From Hyaloraphidium curvatum SAG 235-1 (lineage: Eukaryota > Fungi > Monoblepharomycota), in the NCBI GenBank assembly GCA_025558095.1, contig JAIVFI010000007.1:248001-312000 (forward strand): a stretch of 64,000 nucleotides of DNA. The letters are read 5' to 3'. The notes beneath the pieces are model-generated. The model ran no database searches, had not been told where the DNA came from, and saw only the letters and a list, made by a program, of their open reading frames with translations. The position numbers were made by a program, and so were the translations under genes. Positions 1 to 13,340 of the stretch are shown here, piece after piece; the stretch's first letter is position 1; each line of letters starts with the position of its first letter.

Positions 1-6
1 CGGCTG

Positions 7-1710
7 ATGATCGGGGACGCGAGCAGGGTGCTGCGCGGGCACGGGGAGGAGACGCCGACGACGGCGGTGGACGGGAACGCCCACGGGCCCGAGGGTCCGA
101 CGGCGGTGTCGGCCCCGGCTCCGGACGCTGCGAAAGCGGAGGAGCCGAAACCGACCGCCGATTTGGAGTCCACCGTCGGGGTTGCCATCGCCGAGCCCGA
201 GGCGCCTTCTTTGGAACCTGCTTCTGCCGAAGTCGCAGTTACGCCCACGGAGCCTGAGGTTTCGGTTGCGGAGCCCTTGGTTGCTGCTGCGGAACCAGCT
301 GCTGTCGCAGAACCCGCGGCGGTCGTCGATCCCGATCCCGCATCGGAACCTGCATCTGCACCGGCGCCCGACGACGCGTCATCCGCGCCGGCCGAGCCTG
401 CGCCTCCGGTCGCGGTCGTCGAGAAGGTGGAGCAGGAGCCAGAGGCACCCACGCGTCCGGCGCCGGAAGAGCAGCGCTCGGAGGACCAGCTGTTCAGCAG
501 CGCCGTGGAGCTGCTCGGCTCTTCGGACGACGTCTCGGGCGAAGCTGTTCCCGAGCCGCTCGCTGCTTCGAAATCCGATGAGGAGGCCTCGCGAGAGGTG
601 CAGCACGGGGAGGAGTCCGTGGAGGAGGTCAGCAGGGAGGAACCAATGAAGCTGGTACCAGCGGGACAAGCACCAGCACTTGAAGCACCGAAGGAGGAGC
701 TTTCTGTTGAACACCCACCGCCTGCGGTTTCGTTGGGGGACAAGGAGCTGCCGGAAAAGATCAGGATGCCGGGTCACCTTTCTGCCGTGCTGGAAGAGCC
801 CAAGACGCCGACGCAGGAGGCGCCTCCTCCTATCGCACCAAAGGTCGAAGTCGCAAAGGAGGCGATTCCGGTGACGACCTCGGGCCGCTCCCTCTCCCCC
901 GACGACACGGCGGCTTCGGGCTCCGCTGGCCGGAGCAGCTCGATTGACACGCTCCCAATGACTCCCTTCGGCAAGGGCCTTTCGTCGCCCCCGGGCTCGG
1001 ACGATGGTCGCGCCTCGCGCCCCAAGAACCTCTTCACGGAGCTCGATCGCCTCTCGATCCGCTCCGCACCCGTTTGGCGGCGCGCCAAGTTCTCGCCTCC
1101 GAGCCTGGCCGACGACCTGGACGGCCTGGCCGAGGACCACGTCTCGGAGGACGGCAAATCCGAGACCTCTTCGGCCGTTCTCTCCGACGCCCCCACCGAC
1201 GCCTCGTACGCCTCTGCGCACGAGGTCGAGCTGGACGCCGCCGAAGCCCGCAGGGCAGCGCTGAGGCTCATCACCCTCCTCCGCGAGCTCGAGACTGCCG
1301 CCGCCGGTCTGGCCTCGCAGCCCAACCCGGCACCGGCGCCGGCATCTCCCCCGACCCCCGCTTTCGGACTGAACATGCTGGTCCGCGACGCCGTCGCCGG
1401 CCCCGCCGTGGCCTCGGCTTCTACGACCCCGCAGGCCGCGGTGCTGAGGCTCGCCAGGGAGGCACTCTCGGTCTCGGAGGCGTTCGGAAGGCTTTGCGGG
1501 CTCGAGGCCGCGGCACCGGCACCGGCGTCGCCCAAGGTGCAGCAAAGCGCGCAGGCGAGCAGGCCGCCGGCGCCGAGGCAGGCGAGGCCGGGGCTGAGGG
1601 AGATGGTGGGAAGGCAGGCGCTGCTGGGCGGGCCGCTGGGGCCGGCGGGTACGGGCGTTTTTGGCGCGAGCATGCGAAGGCCTCCGGGGTACGCGGCCAG
1701 TATCGTTTAA
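7..1710 (+). CDS. Low-complexity Ala/Pro/Glu/Ser-rich protein (probably the 3' part of a gene starting upstream of the window); function unknown
   Basis: 567-aa open frame with GC3-rich codons, ending TAA at 1710; disordered-type composition, no recognisable domain. Confidence 0.55.
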   Translation: MIGDASRVLRGHGEETPTTAVDGNAHGPEGPTAVSAPAPDAAKAEEPKPTADLESTVGVAIAEPEAPSLEPASAEVAVTPTEPEVSVAEPLVAAAEPAAVAEPAAVVDPDPASEPASAPAPDDASSAPAEPAPPVAVVEKVEQEPEAPTRPAPEEQRSEDQLFSSAVELLGSSDDVSGEAVPEPLAASKSDEEASREVQHGEESVEEVSREEPMKLVPAGQAPALEAPKEELSVEHPPPAVSLGDKELPEKIRMPGHLSAVLEEPKTPTQEAPPPIAPKVEVAKEAIPVTTSGRSLSPDDTAASGSAGRSSSIDTLPMTPFGKGLSSPPGSDDGRASRPKNLFTELDRLSIRSAPVWRRAKFSPPSLADDLDGLAEDHVSEDGKSETSSAVLSDAPTDASYASAHEVELDAAEARRAALRLITLLRELETAAAGLASQPNPAPAPASPPTPAFGLNMLVRDAVAGPAVASASTTPQAAVLRLAREALSVSEAFGRLCGLEAAAPAPASPKVQQSAQASRPPAPRQARPGLREMVGRQALLGGPLGPAGTGVFGASMRRPPGYAASIV

Positions 1711-1855
1711 CGCATGATGCTGGTGAGGCGCAGTGGACGATACCGAGGATACCCAGACCAAAGGACAATACCCTGTAGATAACTTTTTCGCCGTTTTTGG
1801 ATATTGCCTACTAATATCGACGCCGTACATCGTTCTACGTCCTGCCGGGCACCGT

Positions 1856-3872
1856 CTAGAGCGGGATGTTGCCTGCCACCCGACCAACATAAGCCACAGG
1901 CCAAGAAGTGCCAACCGTGGTGATGACCCACCGTGCTTTTTCGCCGGGTTGACCAGCTTCTTAGTCCTCAGCATTCTCAGGTCCTCGATGATCCGCCGCC
2001 GCGTCTCACGGGGCTCAATCACGTCGTCGATGTAGCCGCGCTGCGCAGCCGGGAGGGGGTTGGCGAACGTCTTGATGTACTCCTTCTCGGCCTCGGCTGC
2101 AAGAACGCGGATCAGCCAAAATTTGGCGGACGTTCCAGGGCATTGCAACTCACCCCTCTTGGCCGCGTCCAGGTGCCTGAAGATGATCTCAACGGCGCCC
2201 TTGGCGCCCATCACGGCGATTTCGGCCGTCGGCCAGGCGTAGTTCGAGTCGCCGCGGAGGTGCTTGCTGGCCATGACGTCGTACGCGCCGCCGTAGGCCT
2301 TGCGGGTGATGACGGTGATCTTGGGCACCGTGGCCTCGGAGTAGGCGTAGAGGAGCTTGGCGCCGTGGCGGATGATGCCGTTGTGCTCCTGCGCGGTGCC
2401 GGGGAGGAAGCCGGGCACGTCGACAAAGGTGACGATGGGGATGTTGAAGGCGTCGAGGAAGCGGACGAAGCGGGCGGCCTTGACCGACGAGGCGATATCG
2501 AGCACGCCCGAGGAGACCAGGGGCTGGTTGCCGACGATGCCGACGGTGCGGCCCTCCATGCGGCCGAAGCCCATGACTATGTTCTTGGCGTAGTCGGGCT
2601 GAACCTCGAAGAAGTCGCCGTCGTCGACGACGCGCTCGATGACGTGCTTGATGTCGTAGGCCTTGGTGGGGTCCGCGGGGACGATCTCGTCCAGGACGAC
2701 GTCCTCGCGGGTCCTGCCAGCAAGTGAGATCGGAGCTATCAACGAATAGGGACGAAATGAAACTCACGGCGAGTCCTGCGTCAGCCTCGTCGGCGGCTCC
2801 TCCCTGTTGCTCAAGGGCAAGAAGTCGACAAACTGCCTCAGCTTGCTCAGGGCCTCGACGTCGTTGTCAAAGGCCAGGTGGGCGACGCCCGACTTGGTCG
2901 TGTGGGCCTTGGCACCACCGAGCTCCTCCTGCGTCACGGTTTCGTTGGTGACGGCCTTGACAACGTCGGGGCCCGTGACGAAGAGGTACGACGTGTCGCG
3001 GACCATCATGGTGAAGTCGGTCAGGGCGGGGGAGTACACGGCACCGCCGGCACACGGGCCCATGATCATCGAGATCTGAGGGATCACGCCCGACGCGAGC
3101 ACGTTGCGCTGGAAGATGTCGGCGTACCCGCCCAGCGAGTCGACTCCCTCCTGGATACGGGCACCGCCCGAGTCGTTGAGGCCGATCACGGGGGCGCCGA
3201 CGAGCATGGCCTTGTCCATGATCTAGAAGGGGATTCGGGCGGGCAGTGGGCGGCGGAGGCGCACGACAGCGTGGAAAAAAAGCAAGAAGGTGGAGCAGGA
3301 GTCAGGGACGCTCAAGAAAAATGGCCACTCCGGCTGCCGCAACGCACCTTGCAAATCTTCTGGGCGTGGGTCTTGGAGAGCGATCCACCGAAGGCGGTGA
3401 AGTCCTGCGAGAAGACGTAGACGAGACGCCCGTTGATCGTGCCGTAGCCGGTGACGACACCGTCTCCGACGATCTTCCAATAAAATCAGGGCCTGTTTCT
3501 TCGGGCGAGCACGTAGCAGCTTACCTTCTGCTTCTCCATGCCGAAGTCCGCGCACTGGTGGATCACGAACTGGTCGTACTCGCGGAACGAGCCGGGGTCG
3601 AGCAGCAGGTCGATGCGCTCGCGGGCGGTCAGCTTGCCCTTCTCGTGCTGCGCATCGATGCGCTTCTGGCCGCCACCGAGCCGGGCCAGCTGCCTCTGCT
3701 CCTCGATGACCGCGTCGATGTCGTGCTCGGCGGTGTGGCCGACGGCGTAGGTGCGGCGCGAAACCGGCGCGGCCACGGCGCGGGGCGCGAGGGGAACGCG
3801 GGCGGCGGCGCGGGCGAGGCCGGCCAGCGCGGGCACCGCGCGCCGCGACACGGTCGAGAGCACTCCGGGCAT
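1856..3872 (-). CDS. PCCB: Propionyl-CoA carboxylase beta (carboxyltransferase) subunit, mitochondrial, multi-exon
   Basis: Arg/Ala-rich presequence [13 protein letters not shown]; motifs [61 protein letters not shown]; last intron 1873-1931 joins KKHG|NIPL*. Confidence 0.95.
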
Positions 3873-4136
3873 GGGCTGCGGGATGCAGAGGGTGGCGGCG
3901 TCGACGTGACGGGGCGCAACCGGGGCGAGTCACACGACAACCAGTGGAATCCGTATCAGCGACCGGGCAGAAAGGCGTCTTAAGCAGCGCCTAACACGCA
4001 CCGCAGTCGCGGCAGACACGAGGAGTGTGAGAGAGACCGGGTTTCGGGACGGCCCGGGAAAGGTTTTCCGCGCTTGCCGGTGACGCCGCAACGCCGTTTG
4101 AATCATCCGGTTGCCGAACCCCGACCTCCACCAGCG
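3873..4136. promoter_or_regulatory. Putative bidirectional promoter between PCCB and PCCA
   Basis: 264 bp between two divergent ATGs of the two subunits of one enzyme. Confidence 0.6.
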
Positions 4137-6851
4137 ATGCCGGGTTCATCGCTGCTGCGGTCGGCTGCTGCCGCCGCCCGCGCCGCGCCGCGGCTGCCCC
4201 GCAGTGCCCGGCCGGCGCTGCGTTCCTACGCCACCGCTGAGCCCGTAAAGGACTACGGCAAGGTGGGCGCAGGGAACGCCTCCAGAGCCGGGGAACGGAA
4301 CGCTGATGGACCTATTAGACCTTCGACAAGATTCTTATCGCGAACCGGGGCGAGATTGGTGCGTGCAGAGGCCGGAAGCACCCCTTCGCAGCGGACGCGC
4401 CAACACGCCTGCACCTTCCTTCTGACAGCATGCCGCGTCATCAAGACTGCCCGCAAGATGGGCATCAAGACCGTGGCGGTCTACTCGGACGCGGACGCGA
4501 ACTCGGTGCACGTGCAGATGGCCGACGAGGCCGTCCGCGTCGTGGGTCCCCCTCGGCCACCTGCTGTCGCGTCGGAACCGACCCCCCGCAATTTCAGGGC
4601 CCGCCGCCGACCAGCCAGTCGTACCTCGTGATGGACAACATCCTCGGCGCCATCAAGTCCACCGGCGCCCAGGCCGTGCACCCCGGCTACGGCTTCCTGT
4701 CGGAGAACAGCCACTTTGTCGAGGCGTGCGAGCGCGAGGGCGTGACGTTCATCGGCCCCAACACCAAGGCCATGGCCGACATGGGCGACAAGATCCAGAG
4801 CAAGATCATCGCCAAGAAGGCCAAGGTCAACACCATCCCCGGGTTCGACGGCGTCGTGGAGAACCTGGACCATGCCCTGTCCATCGCGAAGGAGATCGGG
4901 TACCCGGTCATGATCAAGGCGTCGGCCGGCGGTGGTGGTAAGGGTATGCGTATTGCATGGTGGGTTTGAGAAGGTCGCTATCCACGACGTGGGCTTATAC
5001 TGCAGCCATTTAGGAACGAGGCCGATGCCAAGGAGGCCTTCCGCCTGGCCAAGGCCGAGGCGCTCTCCTCCTTCGGCGACGACCGTCTCCTCGTGGAGAA
5101 GTTCATCGTTGAGCCGCGCCACATCGAGATTCAGATCATCGGCGACAAGCACGGCAACACCGTGGGTCCTTTGCCGTTTTGCCGCCCGCCCGAGTTCTGA
5201 CAGCCATCGCCGCCCCCGCCAGTTTTACCTTCCCGAGCGCGAGTGCTCCGTGCAGCGCCGCAACCAGAAGGTGATCGAGGAGGCGCCCAGCATGTTCATC
5301 GACGACGCCACGCGCAAAGCCATGGGCGAGCAAGCGGTGTCGCTGGCTAAGAACGTCGGGTACTACTCCGCGGGCACGGTCGAAATGCTGGTGGACGCCA
5401 ACAGGAACTTCTACTTCCTGGAGATGAACACGCGGCTGCAGGTGTATGTGTCCGCCCGGCAGGAGCACCGGCGGCAACGGCTGACCCTCCCTTTCCAGCG
5501 AGCACCCCATCACCGAGCAGATCACCGGCTTCGACCTCGTCGAGCTCATGATCCGCGTCGCCGCGAACCAGGTCCTCCCCTTCAAGCAGTCCGACGTCGG
5601 CATCAAGGGTTGGGCGCTCGAGTCGCGCGTGTACGCCGAGGACCCCGAACGGTACCTTCCCTCGATCGGCCGGCTCAACAGGTACATCGAGCCCAAGCTG
5701 CAGCCCGGCTTCTCGTCCGAGGCGGTGGTTAGGAACGACTCGGGCATCCGGGAGGGCAGCGAGATCAGCATGTACTACGACCCCATGATCTGCAAGCTCA
5801 TCACGCACGGCAAGGACAGGACCGAGGCGATCGACATCATGAAGCAGGCTCTTGACAGCTACGTGATCAAGGGTGGGTTGCCGGGATCTTTAGCGCTGCG
5901 CTCCCAAAGCCGATGGCTCACGCGATCTGTTTGTTGCAGGCGTCACCCACAACATCCCCCTCCTCCGCGACGTCCTCACGAACCAGCGGTTCGTCTCGGG
6001 CAAATACTCGACCAAGCTCCTTCCCGAAGACTACCCCGAGGGCTTCAAGGGCCTCAAGATGAACGCGGACCACTGGACCGACCTCCTCGCCGTCTCGGCT
6101 CTCGTGCACGCGCGCAGGGACGCCCGCGACAAGACCTGGATCCAGGGTGGCGGCCAGACCGTGATCCCCGAGGCGTGGGAGGTGTTCGTGTCGACCAAGG
6201 GCGAGGAGAAGAAGCTGTCGATCACCAAGAAGGGCGACGCGTACGAGGTCTCGGTCGACGGCGCGGAACCCGTGACGGTGTCGGCGGACTGGGCCGTCGA
6301 GTCCCCCCTGATCAAGGTCAAGCTGACGACGTCCAAGGGCGAGCGGCAGTTCTTTGCGCAGTACCTGGACGCGCTCCCGGTCGGGTTCAGGCTGGGCTAC
6401 CAGGGCTCCAAGGTGGGCTCTCCGCGGGGCTCTGTCTGTCATTAACGCTCAATTCGTCCCTCCCCGTCCAGTTTGACGTGGCCGTCAAGACCCCGCGGCA
6501 AGAGGAGCTGTCCAAGTTCATGAAGGAGCGCGCCAAGATCGACACCTCGAAGGTCGTCCTCTCCCCCATGCCCGGCACCGTGGTCTCGCTCAGCGTCAAG
6601 GAGGGCGACGTGGTGATTGAGGGCGCCGAGATCGCCGTGGTCGAGGCCATGAAGATGCAGAACGTGCTCCGGTCCTCGCGCAGCGGCAAGATCGCAAAGA
6701 TCAACGTCAAGGTCGGGGACTCGGTGGCGGCGGACGAAATTCTCGTCGAGTTTGCGGCGGGTGGGTTGCTTTCTGCTGCTCTGCCTCGAGGGACCTGCTG
6801 ACCATGCGCTCTTCAGGCGACGTCAGCGCCAAGGACTTGCCCAAGAAGTAG
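4137..6851 (+). CDS. PCCA: Propionyl-CoA carboxylase alpha (biotin carboxylase + biotinyl domain) subunit, mitochondrial, multi-exon
   Basis: Presequence [15 protein letters not shown]; [70 protein letters not shown], biotin motif EAMKM; stop TAG 6849-6851. Confidence 0.95.
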
Positions 6852-7112
6852 AGGAGAAAAAGAATGTGATCGGAACAATCTATATCCGAAATACTCCATG
6901 CAACAGCGCCTCGAAATGTGTCTCTGGCGGAGGCTCAACAATTCGAATCTCAACGTCAATCAGCCAGCCAAGGCCATGGATATCTCCGCTTCGGTTGTCA
7001 AATCCGAGTCACAAAAGACTGGCGCAGTGAAACCACGGAGAAGAGGGCGGGCGAGCAGGTCATGGAACCTCGAAACATCTCCCAGCGAGCAGTGCCCTAA
7101 CTTCCTCGAGCT

Positions 7113-7699
7113 TCAGCCGAACCCGGGCAAAGACTGAACGTATCGATCCACGCTCATCCTGAACAGATCGTTCGAAATCGTGTCCATCGATCGCGCCAAC
7201 GGGTTCTTGGCGACGTACTCGACATACATCTGCGAGTAGATTGTCCGCAGGGCCTGCGCGAGGCCGTCGAGGTTGGGATCCGTGCACATGACGAACTTGA
7301 GACCTGTCGCGGTCTCAAAATAGTGCAGCTTATAGGCATTCTGCAGACGGCGCAAATGATGAAGCGGCAGAACATGCCAGTCGGGCAAGAACCCACTGTT
7401 CGATAGGCAAGGAAGCTCCCGAGCTCCGACGAACCCTTGAGCTTGTTCACCATGTTCCTCAGCGAGTAGATGACACCGTACACGAGCTTCGCCTCCTCGT
7501 CCAGGCTCATGTTTCCGGGCCGCGTCTGCCGAGACCCTCCGATGCTCCCCGGCATCGACGCTGTCCGCGGGGGAATCCCCGGCTGCGATCCCGGCACGGA
7601 ACCTTTCCCCGGCGGCACAGCGGCCGGTGCCCGGTTCCAGCTGGTATAGTACACGCACTTGCAGTGCCGATCAAAGACATAGAGGTTGTAGATGGTCAT
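7113..7699 (-). CDS. BET5: TRAPP complex subunit Bet5/TRAPPC1 (sybindin-like longin), 2 exons
   Basis: MTIYNLYVFDRHC, EEAKLVYGVIYSLRNMV, YKLHYFETATGLKFV, YVEYVAKNPL. Confidence 0.9.
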
Positions 7700-8044
7700 T
7701 GCTCGCGGCTACCCAGACGCGACCGGCGCGGCGGAGGATCCAAAAGCCGCCCAGGATCGCAAGAGAGAATCAAGAGACACGTTCCTGCGGTGTTTGCCGC
7801 CACGATTCGGCGCGAGGGACCGAGGTGACGGGACAGTTGGGAACGCGGGCCGTACTGGCTGCATAATCGAAAGACACCGCGAGCATCGCGCATCGAGCTT
7901 CGTCCCACCGTTCCCTCGTTTCGCAGCCGGCATTCCGGCCGTGCGATGTCGCGTGCTGAATCACGGACGTTCATCTGCTGGCCGTGATCGCGGCCGGCAC
8001 ATTGCCCGGTCGCGTGGGCAACCTCTCGGGCAGCTCCCGCCGTC

Positions 8045-11000
8045 ATGTCCTGCTTTCCCTGCCTTCAGCAGGAGTTCGTGCGGCTCATCAAGAACTGCTA
8101 TCCCACAACGGCGGCTCAGGAGGTGGCAAATTCGTCGGCCGTCTCCTACCTGTGCTTCTACTGCAACAGCCATCCCTCGCGGCTGCCCGGGGTCTCGAAG
8201 GACCTCGCCAAGCGAATTCGCCGGGACCATTCGTCCAACCGCATCGTGTAGGAGCCTTTGTAGGGCGGTGTTTCTATTGCGGGCGTCTGATTGGGCCTGT
8301 GGCGCGCAGGAACGCGAGGGTCGGTCTCGAAGTCGTCGCGGGCCTGTGCTCCGAATGCTACCCGCATTTTGCGCGCTTCGGAAAGACCGTGATCGCCATT
8401 TTCCTGTCGATTCTGGACGCGCCGGTGGTGGACAATGATGTTTTTAACAGCGTCATGGATGCGGTGGGAGGCAGCGTTCCCGCAGTTTCTGACAATGCTG
8501 ACATGGACGTGCCAAGTTTGCGGCCTTTTCCAAGCGCTACGATCACAGCGTACTGGATTTCGACAACGACTTCCGAAAGTCGTACAAGGCCGTGCTTGGA
8601 CATTGCAGGAAGGGGGCACTCCTGCAGCACTCGAACCCGTCGAAGCAAAACAGGCGAGTATGGTAGTCGGTGGCATGATGGCTCGGCCTCTTACGCTACT
8701 CGCCGTTGGATTTCTTTCTTGAACAGGACACGCCTCCTTTCGCTCAAAGCAATCCACGCCGTTGTCTCGCACGGATCGTTTGTCAACGCTGCCGACATTG
8801 AAGCCTACCTGGACGTTATGTTGTACGCCGTCGGGGCCAACATCCGCGTACCGGTGGACCCTGCCAAGGAGCCGCCGGCGGGTGAAGGACCTGTGCCTCC
8901 GGATAGCGCAGTCAGCAGGGAGGCGGAAAGCGTGCTCATCCAGACGATGCGGTCGGTGAATGGGGGCAACTTTTGGCGGATCATGAGGCCGTTTTACAAG
9001 TGAGCTTCCTTGTCGGCCTGGCTTTGCTGGCCTTGCGCTGACCTAAGGCAGGACGTCCGAGGAGCTGGGCTTCATCTACACTGACCCACTACGGGCAGAG
9101 TACATGTTGGACGTCTGCGTGACCAACGTCAATCCGATCTACCGCCCTTCCCTCGTCGACGTGGCGGTCAAGCGCCTCCTCAACGTGTCGAACACGCAGC
9201 TTGTGATGCCAAGCCGCCCGTTGACCCACGAGGGCCAGCTGACGATGCTTCGTATGCTGACAAAGACCATTGCGACCGGCGGCCTCGCTGTTGGCGTCAC
9301 GGTGCTGGAGCTGGTGGACAACCTGACGAAGCTTTTGTACAAGGCCGTCGACGGTATCGTCAGCACCCGCGAGGCGGACGGGAAGAGAATCTCGCCGCGC
9401 GAGCGGGAGGAGCTGCGGGAGCTCGAAGACGCCCTGGTTAGGTGCATCGGCGCCCTGGCCATCTCCATCTACTACCCGACGCAAATCAACGACATAATCG
9501 GATTCATTGTCAACCGGCTGCAGGTGCGCGATCTGCCCAAACCGGATGGATTCGGGCCCGCAGGGCCCCCGATCGCGTCGGCACTAGGCACTCTGGGCAA
9601 ATCGAGCGTGCTGACGGATGAGCAGCTGACGCTGCTGGAGGCTCGTAAAGGTCTCATGAGATGCCTGCGGCAGGTCATGGAGAACTCTGTCTCGGGATCG
9701 CAGTCGTCCGCGGTGGCATCCCGCGCACCACCTACGTCGTCGTTGACCCCTGCGGAGGATCCGAGACGCTCCTCGATGTCAATCGACGCTGTTTCGACGT
9801 CGGATTCGGCGTCGAATTTGTGGTCTGCGTCGGTTAAGAGGGTTCCGGTGCCCGAGGATTATGTCGTGCCGATGATGGTGTTTCTCGAATCGCCGGACGT
9901 GGATCTCCGGCTGGACTTTGGACTTTTCCTTTACTTTTTCCTAAACGATACGGCGGATTGGAAGGACGACTCGGCGACGCCGAATGCCTTTGCCCCGAAG
10001 CTGAGGCACGATCTGCACCTCACCCTCTACCGCTCCCTCTTCTTGGACTATGCCCTCCCGTCCGACTGTGCCGTCGGATCACTCGCCCTCGCCTCTCTTT
10101 TGCAGCGTTACGGGCCCGTCGAGCTGGTGGATTCTGTTCCGCTCGCGTTTGCTCTCCAGGACAAAGCGGCAGCCGTGTTTGCCGCGCCGGAACTGGCCCA
10201 TCGCAAGGACGCCATCTTTGCGCTTGTCGCCAGGTTCCTCGAGAGTGCGGCGAGTCACCTCGGGGACGCCAGGCTGCACCAGCTTGTCGCGCCGCAGTTG
10301 CAGCGCTTCGCCGCGGTCGGCGCATTGGCCGAAGCAACAAGCGTGCAAAGCGTGGAGGCGCTTCGCGGTTTATCTTGGAGGTGGGCTAATGTTGCACCGA
10401 TGATGTGAGCATTGTGTTGATACCGTCGATCGTCCAGCGACGTTGTGGGCTCGGCACCACCTCCGGGTCTCGAGCCTCTCCAGCGGCAAACGGTCGTGGA
10501 CGTGCTCGCTGCCGACCCTTCCCTCATGAGGCCCGACATGAAGGACGCTCTCAGCAGGGAGTATGATCCTCTGAGTCCGCCAGTCGCTTACGTTCCGGAG
10601 GCGCCGAAGGAGGTTGTCAAGCCGATGGATGCCGAGCTTGCCAATGTCTTTTCCGTCCCGCCGACCGTACTTGAGTCGATATCTTCCGAACCCAAGGTGG
10701 GATGGAGAAAGCTCTGCCTCGGACGGGACCTAACCAAGCCTCCTTTACAGCCTTCTCCCCCGACAAAGCCAGTCGTGGACGTGGACAATCTGAAGAAGGC
10801 GCTGGACCGGACCGTGGACGCCCGCACCACCTCCCCCACCCCCTCGCAAAACCCCTCGGTCGGCACCGGCGCGTCCCCGCCCAACGGCAAGGGCCGCAGC
10901 CGGGATTCGGAGACCAACTCGCTCACACAGAGCACGGTCTCGGTCGCGCGGCTGGAAAAGAAAAAGGCACTGAGCGCCGAGGCCGCCACCATCCTGGCCA

Positions 11001-11146
11001 ACGTCACGGGGGCGTTCCAGCTGCCGTCGGCTGGGCGAGCGGTGGCGCCCAAAGCCAACGGCTCGGCTCCGACGCTGTCGCCGGCGTCGGCCGACAAGGG
11101 CAAGTCTACGGTGCGGCTCGTGATCGAGGACACGAGTGCGACGTAG
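8045..11146 (+). CDS. EFR3: EFR3 family plasma-membrane PI4K scaffold, multi-exon
   Basis: N-terminal Cys-containing MSCFPCLQQEFVRLIKNCYP, SYLCFYCNSHPSRLP, internal IYYPTQINDIIGFIVNRL; armadillo-like helical body. Confidence 0.8.
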
Positions 11147-11205
11147 CGAATTGTAGGCAGCCTGTTGTGGATGAGATCCTTCGTACTACATGCGCCCTTG
11201 CTCCG

Positions 11206-12065
11206 TCAAAGGCACGACGCCAGTTGTCCCGTGAGTAGTCCAGCGAGAGCGGGACAAAGGTAAACAGCGGTCTTCTCGATCCAGTGCGGTGCGATTCCGG
11301 TACCCTGGTACGTCGGCAAGAAGCTCATCAAGAGGAAGAGAAGACAAATGGAAAGAAAGACGATGACCGTCTTCTTTTCCTTTTTCTTCATGCGAGCCTT
11401 CTTGGACCGCAGGCTCTTGTTTTCGGCCAGCAGAAGCTCGAGGTGTCGCAGGTTTTCGGATGCGCGCTGCTCAATCGAGTCCCATGGGCCCTGTGTTGGT
11501 AGGAAGTGAGCTGGCGTTCAAGCAACGATCCCGCAAGCTGACCTCGTGGTTGCACAGAGGGAACAGAGAGCACTTCACGGTCCTTTTGGGGCACGTCGCG
11601 AGGTGGCGCTCGGAGTCTTTGCGGAGCACCGAGATCCCGCAACCCTGGTGCGTGCACTTCACGAAAGCCTTGGCGCAAGCGTTCTGAGGTGTAGCCATAT
11701 GCGTCAGTCAGCCGTTCAATCCGTAAGGCCAGAATCGACATCACGTTGAGTTGTGTGTGAATGTCCCAGATCTGGATCTTGGTACCGCACCGCTCCGGGC
11801 AAGAGACCTGGGCAGACCTGTAGGCAAGCTTCGCAAAGTCGTTTGTGCACTGCAGCAAGGGCACCGCCGACGACCAGGACCTGGCGCAGCTGGCGCATCT
11901 GCGGACTATGAGTCCCTCGATGCACTCCTGACAAAAGATGTGCTGGCAAACGGTCACCCGGCCCGCCGCATCGCTGCAGAGCAGCACGGGCTTCCTTTTG
12001 GGGTGCATGATGTTGAAGCAGATGACGCAGGTGAGCCAGTCCGGATCGCCGGCCGCGTTCGCCAT
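11206..12065 (-). CDS. RING finger + TRAF-type zinc finger protein with C-terminal transmembrane segment (putative E3 ligase), 3 exons
   Basis: CVIC...CQHIFCQEC...CASC RING; CTHQGC...HLATCPKRTVKC TRAF-like fingers; spliced 3' exon ENLRHLELLL...KKKEKKTVIVFLSICLLFLLMSFL. Confidence 0.7.
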
Positions 12066-12444
12066 GCTTCCGTCCTTTGTTGGCCGCCGCGGGGAGGATT
12101 CGCGATGCGCGTGGCGCACACGTTTTTTCGCCCCGGAGGGCGCTGAAGACGTGCGTCTGAAAGTGTCCGAGGGCCCCTCACAGTCCGGCGGGGTCGGTGC
12201 GGTCAGTTCAATGAGCTTGATTCGGGGGGTTGTCGAGCGTCCCCCGCGGCTTGATGCCTCCCACACACGAGGTTCCAGAATCCATCGATCACCAAGTCGA
12301 TTCACTAGTTTCGGCTACAATTGAATCCATTTCGACTACTTCGGGTGGATGCGGCGGACAGATTGATCAGGACCAATGGACGTGGGCACGGCACGTTTCG
12401 CCAGCACTCCTTCTATGTCTGCTGGTCGCCCGACGGCCAAATCG

Positions 12445-13231
12445 TCACGTGAACGGTATCTTTCGAACCCCGTTCGTCGCATAGTAAAGCAGCGTCAGGG
12501 CCAGCGACACTGCGTCCGCTCCAAGGGTGCCCCGGGCAATGCAATAGATCCAAAGGACGGCCAACCCCGGCGTCGTCATGGCCGCCCCGTACGTCCGGTC
12601 GATCTCGGTGGCCTTCACCATTGCGCATCCGCACGCGGTGGCGGCGATGCCCAGCAGCGCCTTCATCAGCGGCGAATCCTTGTACGCCGCGACCACGGCC
12701 ACCAGGACCGCCGAGCAGGCGTAAACGGCCAGGGCTTCCTTCACGCCGCCTCCGAAAGAATAGTCCTCCCAAACGCGGAACTGATTCCGCACCGAGTATC
12801 GGAGAAACGCGAAGCAAAGTGCCATGGGGATGGCCAGCAGCGCGCCCTGAAACATGGGGGCGCCGTCCGGGTCCCCTTCGTCGTCCTCATCGTCGGTAGT
12901 AAGTTTGTGCCGGCCCATAATGCCAGTCTTGCCTGCTATCCTCCGAGCTGCCGGGCTTCGAGGTGAGAGACGCGTCGCGTAACAGCCAACGCGTCCATTC
13001 ACCTTCGGCCTCCGAAATCCCGCCCGGCGCGAGCGGCGCGTCATCCTCGTCGCTCTCGCCGTCCGCCAGCTCGAGGATCCGGTCGTGGCGCGGGTACGCG
13101 CGCCGCCGCGCTGCGGAAGGTTCGGCCGGCGGGGGTCGCGCGGAGCGGCCGCCGGCGACGCCGACCACGGCCGGCTGCGTCCGCGGGATGGAGAACGACT
13201 GATCGTCGTCGATTTCGGTGATCGTCACCAT
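12445..13231 (-). CDS. Conserved fungal-type uncharacterised multi-pass membrane protein, 2 exons
   Basis: Acidic N-terminus then several hydrophobic helices ending TYGAAMTTPGLAVLWIYCI, resembling an uncharacterised fungal membrane family. Confidence 0.6.
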
Positions 13232-13340
13232 CGCACACAGGAAGACTTCGGAGCTGGCGAGGGGCAGACGCGCTCACCCCTCCATCAGTACCCGCTTCAC
13301 AGTGGACACGCTTCTAGAGCGGAATGTCTCGCGTAGCGCG

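Noticed and set aside
379-2742. 787-aa ORF suggesting PCCB fused to a long Arg-rich extension
   Set aside because: Read-through of introns; the spliced gene ends KKHG|NIPL* at 1856 and the remainder is antisense to the + strand gene
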